6,078 nucleotides of DNA, taken from positions 1 to 6,078 of the forward strand of contig JAQUVR010000041.1 of NCBI GenBank assembly GCA_028693335.1. The letters run 5' to 3'. Position numbers and translations under genes: made by a program. Below are positions 1-6,054 of this stretch, piece after piece; position 1 is the stretch's first letter, and each line of letters opens with the position of its first letter. This DNA is from Candidatus Iainarchaeum sp. Its GTDB lineage: Archaea > Iainarchaeota > Iainarchaeia > Iainarchaeales > CSSED10-239. The notes under the pieces were generated by a model that made no database searches, was not told where the DNA came from, and worked only from the letters and a program-made list of their open reading frames with translations.

Positions 1-571
1 CTAAAACTTGTGGATGAATGTTTCTTATTTCTTTAGAAAAATTAGAATTAATCTCTTTTCTAAAAATCATTTCTACTTTTTCAAGAGGTAAGGATAAAAG
101 ATATAATCTGTAATCTAAAACTTTTACACGTGATAAGATCTTCTTTCTCAAAACGGGATTAGTTTTAAGTTCTTTATTTACTGCAGATACTTTTTGATCA
201 ATAAGCTCAGAAATGATTCTTTTTGATTGTTCTGGTAAAAGATTATAGATCTGACCTAATTTTGGTTTTGTAAGACCACTTGATAATCTTAAAACAGAAA
301 CATTTTTCCCATCAAAATAAAATATTTCATTTGGTTTTGCTGATTTATTATACTCAATAACAGTATCAGCAGAAAATTTATCATAAAAACCAGTACTTTT
401 CTTTAATTCTATTGCTTTTTTGTGAGCTTCTAAAAATGCTTTTTTGTCGGCTACATTTTTATAAGCAAGTCCACTACCAATGGTGATACCACCAATTGCA
501 ATACCTGCTGCTATTTTTTTTGAAACTGGTTTAATGTTTTCTTTTATTTTTTGTTTTATATTTCTTGGCAT
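1..571 (-). CDS. Hypothetical membrane-anchored protein, 5' part only; the ORF continues past the left window edge
   Basis: Not in the ORF track. My own translation from ATG (revcomp of 'cat' at 569-571) stays open for 190 codons to position 2: MPRNIKQKIKENIKPVSKKIAAGIAIGGITIGSGLAYKNVADKKAFLEAHKK... A basic N-terminus is followed by one hydrophobic Gly/Ala/Ile helix (nt ~461-514). It starts 13 nt after the upstream stop. I recognise no family motif. Confidence 0.55.
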   Translation of the reverse strand, partial: MPRNIKQKIKENIKPVSKKIAAGIAIGGITIGSGLAYKNVADKKAFLEAHKKAIELKKSTGFYDKFSADTVIEYNKSAKPNEIFYFDGKNVSVLRLSSGLTKPKLGQIYNLLPEQSKRIISELIDQKVSAVNKELKTNPVLRKKILSRVKVLDYRLYLLSLPLEKVEMIFRKEINSNFSKEIRNIHPQVL

Positions 572-584
572 ATTTTCTCATTTT

Positions 585-1370
585 TTATGTTATTAACAAA
601 GAATCAAATAAATGTAATTTCTTTTTTACTGGATCATAAAAAGTATTTTGTGGAGAAATATCAAAAATTTTTGGTGCGGTTTTAAAACCATATTTACTAT
701 AGTTTTTTTCTAAATAATTTTCTACCCTTGTAGCCACTTTTGAAAGATATCTGTCTATAGATTCTTTTTGTGATTTAGATATTTTGTGTTCATCATATAA
801 CTCACTAACCGTTTTTAGATCCATATACTCATAACAAATAAAACTTCTTTTCTTAATTGCATCAACATAAGAAAAAACGGAATTTACTATATCTAACCTT
901 CTACCAACAACTCCAGAATCTGCAATAATTTTTAAAGCAAGAGATTCAGAAAAACCATCAGATCCTCCAAAACCCCTAATTCCATGTCTATTAATTTTAT
1001 CTATAATATCTACATCATATCTTAAATTTTCAGATCTTTGTAATCTAAAAAAATCTTGAATATCTAATTCTTTTATAAAATATCTTTCTGTTTTTCCATT
1101 TCTAAAAAACTCTAAAGAATATAGACTAGTATTATATGAAGCATCCTCTCTACTTTTTGTAATAGATAATCTCCTTATTTGAAATTTATCTGTTTTTATC
1201 TCTGGAAAGCCTTTATTTGCAACCATCTTTAAAAATTCTCTTAATATTTCTGGATTTTCTCTTAGTTTTTGTCTAGCGGATCCAGTATAAGAAAGTGCAT
1301 GTGATTTTGACTTATGGAATGAAATATCCATTGGTTTTCTTTGTATTTTTGGCTTCAACTTAATAATCAC
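585..1370 (-). CDS. Hypothetical protein with a protein-kinase-like catalytic-loop motif at its extreme C-terminus. The start is uncertain: GTG at 1370 or ATG at 1331.
   Basis: 261-codon ORF ending in TAA (585-587). The track start is GTG (revcomp 'cac' at 1368-1370). The first in-frame ATG is at 1331 (MDISFHKSK...), giving 248 aa. C-terminal FDISPQNTFYDPVKKKLHLFD (nt 603-662) resembles the kinase D-x-x-x-x-N catalytic loop plus a metal-binding Asp about 19 residues later. YFIKE (nt ~1071-1082) could be the beta3 Lys. This is motif-level only. Confidence 0.6.
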   Translation of the reverse strand: MIIKLKPKIQRKPMDISFHKSKSHALSYTGSARQKLRENPEILREFLKMVANKGFPEIKTDKFQIRRLSITKSREDASYNTSLYSLEFFRNGKTERYFIKELDIQDFFRLQRSENLRYDVDIIDKINRHGIRGFGGSDGFSESLALKIIADSGVVGRRLDIVNSVFSYVDAIKKRSFICYEYMDLKTVSELYDEHKISKSQKESIDRYLSKVATRVENYLEKNYSKYGFKTAPKIFDISPQNTFYDPVKKKLHLFDSLLIT

Positions 1371-1380
1371 TTTAAAAAAA

Positions 1381-2070
1381 TTATTTCTTTTTTATTTTTT
1401 CTTCTAAAAGATCTAATTCTAATTTTTGAATTTCTAATAATCTTTGCCATTGATGTTGTGTTAAATGATCTATTTTTTCATGCAATTGTCTAATCTCTAA
1501 TTCTGATTTAAGATTTATTTTATAATCATTTTCTGCTCTTTGTCTATCTCTTTGTTCCTTTCTATTTTGTGACATCATAATAATTGGTGCCTGTATTGCT
1601 GCAAGACAAGACAAAAAAAGATTCAGTAAAATAAAAGGGTATGGATCAAATGGACTTAAAATGAAAAAAACATTTATAAGCACCCAGATTAATAAAAAAA
1701 AACCAAATAAAATAATAAAAGTCCAAGAACCACCAAACTCTGCAACCTTATCTGCCAGTTTTTGACCAAATGTTAATTTCCCAGATTTTTTTTCTTTATC
1801 TAAATTTTTTACTAATGATTCATGAGCAACCATACTTTTTAGAACATCTTTATCTAATTTATTTAATTCACCTTTTTCTTTCTTTAACAAAATTTCCAAA
1901 TATTCAGCCCTAAATTCATTAAGTTCTTCTTTAGAAATATATCCTGTTAAAGATATATCCGGATGATTTTTTTTAATTAAGTTAACAATTTCTAATCTTA
2001 TTGATGAAATTGCAACATAATCAGAATTGTTTATTTCTTTTTTAGATATTTCAGATATTTTTCCATTCAT
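1381..2070 (-). CDS. DUF1003-family integral membrane protein
   Basis: 229-aa ORF with ATG at 2068-2070 and TAA at 1381-1383. The core FGQKLADKVAEFGGSWTFIILFGFFLLIWVLIN...FDPYPFILLNLFLSCLAAIQAPIIMMSQNRKEQRDRQRAENDYKINLKSELEI matches the DUF1003 (PF06210) signature as I remember it (GSW-F, FDPYPF-LLNL, APIImMSQNR, DR-AE-DY). It contains two predicted TM helices. These are flanked by a soluble N-terminal region and a C-terminal heptad-like tail (LLEIQKLELDLLEEKIKKK). Confidence 0.85.
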   Translation of the reverse strand: MNGKISEISKKEINNSDYVAISSIRLEIVNLIKKNHPDISLTGYISKEELNEFRAEYLEILLKKEKGELNKLDKDVLKSMVAHESLVKNLDKEKKSGKLTFGQKLADKVAEFGGSWTFIILFGFFLLIWVLINVFFILSPFDPYPFILLNLFLSCLAAIQAPIIMMSQNRKEQRDRQRAENDYKINLKSELEIRQLHEKIDHLTQHQWQRLLEIQKLELDLLEEKIKKK

Positions 2071-2090
2071 AAATATTTCTTATTTTATGT

Positions 2091-3614
2091 TTATTTAAAG
2101 GAATATGGTTCTTGATAATAATCTTTAATATATTTAATCAACTCAGGATTAATTTTATTTGCTTCAGTAATACATTGACTAACAAATGATCTATACGAAA
2201 AATGTGCATGCTCTGTTGTTCTTGTTTTACTTACATGATCAAGTTCTCTTGCATTTATTGTATAAAGTATTTTTGCATTTGTTGCAAGTGGACAAACATA
2301 TTGACAAAATTCCTTAGAAAATCCTTTATTTATTAATTTTGTCCAAAAATCATATGCTTTTTTTAATCCTAAAAGATATTCTTCCTTACAATCTTCTAAA
2401 AACACAGGAACAGAAAAACCATATTCTGGAGAAATAGTACTACTAATCCAAGTAAGCATTCTATTTCTATGAAGATCTCTCCAAGCCCCAAAATCAATAA
2501 TTCCTTCAAAATTATAGGTTGCAAGTTCTAATGATCTATGTGGTCTATATCCAGTACAATCAAAACAAAATATTTCTTGTAGATATCCATTTATTCTTTC
2601 AGTAGACAACTTTTCATTATTTAAAAAAATATTTTCATCTTTATATTCAACAAAAAAACCCATATCCACCAAATAATTATATACAACCAGTTTTGCAGAA
2701 TTATTGGTGTGATCTAAAATGCGCACCCTGTTTTCAATATTTTCAAAAACAAAATCATTAATTTTTAGATTATCTTTGTTATTTGGGTTATCAGAAATTG
2801 GATTAATATCTTTATTATTATCTTTAAATTTTTCACGATCTTTATTAATCACACAAGTCTCCATATCCAAAAGAGTTGGATAAACTTTAATTAGTTCTTT
2901 TTGCATTTCATCTGCAATTTCATTTAATTCAATAATATTATTTGAAAAAAGATCAACTATCAAAGATCTAAACACCTGCGAATTTGTAGTAATTGCAAAA
3001 TTTGTATAAGCACTTGCTGGTAAAATATATCTTGCAGAATCAAATGCTTTTTTTTTAATGGATTTTTCATCCAATGTGATTTTTTTATTTTCTAATTCTT
3101 TTTCAATTCTAGATATTATTTTTGGTAAGATAATCGAATAGGTTTTAAACAAAAAATCCATAGTCTCAATATACTCTTTTCTAAGATCTTTATTTTCAGG
3201 CAAATCAAATTCCTTTGGAATAATATAACAAGGTTTAGAAAAATCTTGATATCTTGTTGATTTTTCAAGATATGCAGCAAGTCTTTTATTTTCACAGTAT
3301 CTGTTTGTTGCAAGCATACTTGTGTTTTCAAAACACAAAGTAACATTTCCATGTTGTTCAATAGAATGATGAGCTACACCAAGAGTTATTCCTTTATGGA
3401 ATTTACCAATTTTTTCTTTATCAAAACCTTCATCAGTTAATATCTCCTTTACAATCTGTTCAAAAGATTTTGCACTTTGACTTAATCTTGCAACAGTTCT
3501 TGAATGTGCTTCTGCAAAGTTTTGATTTGAAACCACTAATGGTATTTTTTCTTGATCAATAACTTCTAAAACAATATGATCTAATAACTTTATTTTTCTT
3601 TTAAATTCATCCAT
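2091..3614 (-). CDS. thyX: Flavin-dependent thymidylate synthase (ThyX/Thy1 family), long form with two tandem ThyX-like domains
   Basis: Two regions each align by eye to the canonical ~220-aa ThyX.

N-half:
- HHSIEQHGNVTLCFENTSMLATNRYCENKRLAAYLEKSTRY, compared with HETPFEH...ARQWFRHRIASYNELSGRY
- SARYILPASAYTNFAITTNSQ, compared with [20 protein letters not shown]

C-half:
- HRSLELATYNFEGIIDFGAWRDLHRNRMLT
- YVCPLATNAKILYTINARELDHVSKTRTTEHAHFSYRSF, compared with NARSL-NFLNLRADSHAQWEI

Start call: the track start is TTG at 3635. I prefer ATG at 3612-3614 because a G6 Shine-Dalgarno-like run (3624-3629) lies 9 nt upstream. The stop is TAA at 2091-2093. Confidence 0.8.
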   Translation of the reverse strand: MDEFKRKIKLLDHIVLEVIDQEKIPLVVSNQNFAEAHSRTVARLSQSAKSFEQIVKEILTDEGFDKEKIGKFHKGITLGVAHHSIEQHGNVTLCFENTSMLATNRYCENKRLAAYLEKSTRYQDFSKPCYIIPKEFDLPENKDLRKEYIETMDFLFKTYSIILPKIISRIEKELENKKITLDEKSIKKKAFDSARYILPASAYTNFAITTNSQVFRSLIVDLFSNNIIELNEIADEMQKELIKVYPTLLDMETCVINKDREKFKDNNKDINPISDNPNNKDNLKINDFVFENIENRVRILDHTNNSAKLVVYNYLVDMGFFVEYKDENIFLNNEKLSTERINGYLQEIFCFDCTGYRPHRSLELATYNFEGIIDFGAWRDLHRNRMLTWISSTISPEYGFSVPVFLEDCKEEYLLGLKKAYDFWTKLINKGFSKEFCQYVCPLATNAKILYTINARELDHVSKTRTTEHAHFSYRSFVSQCITEANKINPELIKYIKDYYQEPYSFK

Positions 3615-3623
3615 ATTTACTTT

Positions 3624-3629
3624 CCCCCC
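3624..3629 (-). promoter_or_regulatory. Shine-Dalgarno-like G-run upstream of the thyX ATG
   Basis: The minus strand reads TTAGGGGGGAAAGTAAATATG. G6 lies 9 nt before ATG 3614. It is the most G-rich spot in an otherwise very AT-rich inter-ORF junction. Confidence 0.5.
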
Positions 3630-3642
3630 TAACAAAAGATAA

Positions 3643-4353
3643 TTATAATCTTAGCTTTTTTTGCAACAATTTTACTTTCTTTTTTTTATTTTGAGTTGAT
3701 CTTCTTGAGTGTCCAAAATCTAGACGATCATTTAACTTTGGTCCACTTTCAAATGATCTAAACAATGATATTTCTTTAATAATATCAACTTTATCAATAG
3801 AAATTTTCTTCTTTCTTAACTCACCCAATAAATAACTTGTCCACGTTCTTACACAATTAGTTTTATCAGCATATTCCCCAAAAGAAGAAACAGACACCTT
3901 TGGTTCTAATCTCTTTAATATTGATTTTGGAACAATTCTTTCTTTTAATCTTGAATCAATTTCATCAAATATTGGATTATTAGCAGTAACAATAAACCTT
4001 TCATTAAGATGTTTCTTTCCAAATTTAGTAAAACGATCTAACATTACCTTGTAGATCCATTCGTTTGTGTGTTTTATTGGTTTTGTTGGCAATATTTCAA
4101 TTAATATTAAAACAGCATTAGGCTTATCTTTGTATTCTAATAATTTTTTACCATATGCTGCTAATGACTTTTTTATTTGAACATTAAATCTTTTATCTTT
4201 TTTTAATTTAGTTATTAATTCTTCAGGAGATAATGGATTTTCAGGATTATCATATTTTTCAACAAACTCATATAAGACATTATGTAATGGGTGAACTAAT
4301 AGAACAATCTCATTATATTTTACTTTTTCTTTTTTTTTAAATAGACTGAACAT
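3643..4353 (-). CDS. Hypothetical protein (236 aa) with alpha/beta-like sequence periodicity and a strongly basic C-terminal tail
   Basis: ATG at 4351-4353 and TAA at 3643-3645. The gene lies 25 nt downstream of glyA and 28 nt upstream of the thyX ATG. Hydrophobic strand-like segments (EIVLLVHP, AVLILIEIL, RFIVTANN, VSVSSFGEY) alternate with charged helix-like segments. The tail is GHSRRSTQNKKKKVKLLQKKLRL (nt 3646-3714). I found no Walker A motif, no HxE...PCxxC deaminase motif, no TM segment and no signal peptide. Confidence 0.6.
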   Translation of the reverse strand: MFSLFKKKEKVKYNEIVLLVHPLHNVLYEFVEKYDNPENPLSPEELITKLKKDKRFNVQIKKSLAAYGKKLLEYKDKPNAVLILIEILPTKPIKHTNEWIYKVMLDRFTKFGKKHLNERFIVTANNPIFDEIDSRLKERIVPKSILKRLEPKVSVSSFGEYADKTNCVRTWTSYLLGELRKKKISIDKVDIIKEISLFRSFESGPKLNDRLDFGHSRRSTQNKKKKVKLLQKKLRL

Positions 4354-4378
4354 AAAATAACATCTTTTTTAATAATTT

Positions 4379-5599
4379 TTAAGGAGTTGGAAAATTTTTT
4401 AATAATTCTTTAATTTCTTGCTTTATTTTATTATGTAAATCTAGATCTTCTGGATTAGATAAAACAGCATTAATATATTTTGCAATAATTTTCATTTCTT
4501 CTTCCTTGCATCCCCTTGTAGTAATAGCAGGAGTACCAATTCTTATTCCACTTGTTACCATTGCAGATTTTGGATCGTTTGGAATAGAGTTTTTATTTAC
4601 AGAAACTCCTACACTTTCTAAAAGTGTTTGAGCTTTTTTACCAGATATATTTTTTTTTCTTAGATCAACTAACAATAAATGATTATCTGTACCACCAGTA
4701 ACAAGATCAAAACCATAATTTAGTAATTCTTGTTCTAATATTTTTGCATTTTTTAAAACTTGTTTTTGATATTCTACAAAAGATAAATCCATAGCCTCAA
4801 TAAAACAAATAGCTTTTCCTGCAATTATGTGTTCTAGTGGCCCTCCTTGAAATCCAGGAAATGCTGCTTTATTTATCTTTTCTTCATTTTCTTTATTAGA
4901 TAAAATAAATCCACCTCTTGGCCCTCTCAAAGTCTTATGAGTTGTAGATGTTATTACATCTGCAAAAGGGATTGGAGACATGTGTAGATCTGTTGCAACT
5001 AACCCAGCAATATGTGCCATATCAGCCATTAAATAAGCATTACAAGAATCAGCAATTTCTCTAAATTTTTTAAAATCAATTTTTCGTGGATATGCCGAAG
5101 CTCCACAAACAATCATTTTTGGTTTAATTTCTTGAGCTTGTTTTAATATTTGATCATAATCTAAAAAACCATCTTGATCTGTTGTATATTGAAAAGCTTC
5201 ATAATTAGTTCCAGAGAAGTTTAGTTTAAAACCATGAGTCAAATGACCACCACAATCTAAAGACAGACCTAAGATCTTATCTCCAGAATTTAAAAAAGAA
5301 AAATAAGAAATAATATTTGCATTAGATCCAGAATGTGGTTGAACATTTGCAAAATCACATTTAAATAATTTTTTAGCAGAATCTATTGCAATTGCTTCAA
5401 TATCATCAACAAACTCACAACCAGAATAATATCTTTTTTGAGGATATCCTTCAGCATATTTATTTGTTAAAACAGAACCGCACGCATCTCTTATTGCTTT
5501 AGAACAAAAATTTTCGGATGCTATTAATTCTATGGTGTTTTCTTGTCTGATTTTTTCTTTTTCAATAAGATCAAATATTTCTTTTGATTGATTATTCAT
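4379..5599 (-). CDS. glyA: Serine hydroxymethyltransferase (PLP-dependent, bacterial/eukaryotic type)
   Basis: Near full-length match to SHMT hallmarks:
- IELIASENF...VLTNKYAEGYPQKRYY-GCE
- ANVQPHSGSNAN
- GGHLTHG...NFSG
- MADMAHIAGLVA
- TSTTHKTLRGPRGG, with the PLP lysine codon at 4934-4936

The track start is GTG at 5611 (MCIF...). ATG at 5597-5599 gives MNNQSKEIFDLIEKEK, a typical SHMT N-terminus of 406 aa. The stop is TAA at 4379-4381. Confidence 0.95.
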   Translation of the reverse strand: MNNQSKEIFDLIEKEKIRQENTIELIASENFCSKAIRDACGSVLTNKYAEGYPQKRYYSGCEFVDDIEAIAIDSAKKLFKCDFANVQPHSGSNANIISYFSFLNSGDKILGLSLDCGGHLTHGFKLNFSGTNYEAFQYTTDQDGFLDYDQILKQAQEIKPKMIVCGASAYPRKIDFKKFREIADSCNAYLMADMAHIAGLVATDLHMSPIPFADVITSTTHKTLRGPRGGFILSNKENEEKINKAAFPGFQGGPLEHIIAGKAICFIEAMDLSFVEYQKQVLKNAKILEQELLNYGFDLVTGGTDNHLLLVDLRKKNISGKKAQTLLESVGVSVNKNSIPNDPKSAMVTSGIRIGTPAITTRGCKEEEMKIIAKYINAVLSNPEDLDLHNKIKQEIKELLKNFPTP

Positions 5600-5620
5600 A
5601 AAAATGCACACATTTTAAAC

Positions 5621-5974
5621 TTAAATTGTATTAATTGTTACAATAGATTCAGATTTTTCAGTTACAACATTATAATCATTAAAATGTTCTCCAACTATTA
5701 TCTTTATTCTATGTGTTCCTGGTTTTATTCCTGTAAATGGATATACACTATAGTTTAGATTAATACTCTCATTTGACTTAATAAAACCAATTCTTTTATA
5801 CTCTTCTCTCTTTGAGCCAACCTTATCAAAACAAAGATCAGAATCTGGAATTAGCTCTATACTTATTTGCTTTGCAGAAAGAGTGGTGTTTGTTAATTTT
5901 ATTTGTAGATCAATTGGTTCTTTGCTATTTATATTTAGTCTATAGGGATAAATTCTAGTAAATATTTTTATCAT
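5621..5974 (-). CDS. Hypothetical small protein (117 aa), probably all-beta (Ig/CARDB-like sandwich), with no signal peptide
   Basis: ATG at 5972-5974 is preceded by GGTGAT (5981-5986) with a 6-nt spacer. The stop is TAA at 5621-5623. Alternating-polarity strand patterns (IDLQIKLTNTT, QISIELIP, INLNYSVYP, GTHRIKIIVG, SIVTINTI) resemble CARDB/DUF11-type domains. This is pattern-level only. Confidence 0.55.
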   Translation of the reverse strand: MIKIFTRIYPYRLNINSKEPIDLQIKLTNTTLSAKQISIELIPDSDLCFDKVGSKREEYKRIGFIKSNESINLNYSVYPFTGIKPGTHRIKIIVGEHFNDYNVVTEKSESIVTINTI

Positions 5975-5980
5975 TTCTCT

Positions 5981-5986
5981 ATCACC
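5981..5986 (-). promoter_or_regulatory. Shine-Dalgarno-like GGTGAT upstream of the first gene of the array
   Basis: The minus strand reads AATGGTGATAGAGAAATG. GGTGAT is complementary to the conserved AUCACC near the 16S rRNA 3' end and lies 6 nt from the ATG at 5974. Confidence 0.45.
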
Positions 5987-6054
5987 ATTTTTTATTTAAA
6001 AACTAAACTAATTATAATTATTTAAATTATAAGTGATTATAAATATATTTATTT
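5987..6054 (-). promoter_or_regulatory. Probable promoter region for the array; the exact elements cannot be resolved
   Basis: This is the only sizeable non-coding stretch in the window. The minus strand carries TTTAAATA (5993-6000) and several TATAAT hexamers (6011-6016, 6027-6032, 6037-6042). In DNA this AT-rich such matches are expected by chance, so I call only the region. Confidence 0.3.

Noticed and set aside
3116-3361. 81-aa minus-strand ORF listed in the track
   Set aside because: It lies entirely inside the thyX coding region in a different frame, and its product is low-complexity with no motif. The thyX frame carries clear family motifs across the same nucleotides. This is a typical spurious nested ORF in AT-rich DNA.
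4330-4338. Homopolymer tracts as possible phase-variation switches: T9/A9 near the 5' end of the 236-aa gene, A9 at 1694-1702 in the DUF1003 gene, T8 at 3680-3687, and T8 at 514-521
   Set aside because: They encode Lys (AAA) or Phe (TTT) runs, which are expected at this base composition. All reading frames are intact. Without population data or multiple alleles there is no evidence of slippage.
3643-4353. Assigning the 236-aa protein to the isochorismatase/cysteine-hydrolase family on the basis of SSFGEYADKTNCVRT resembling the G-x-x-x-D-x-CV-x-T nucleophile motif
   Set aside because: The positions where the catalytic Asp (LLVIDMQND-type motif, here LLVHPLHNV) and Lys would fall are not conserved. 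A single Cys-Val match is too weak, so the gene is left as hypothetical.
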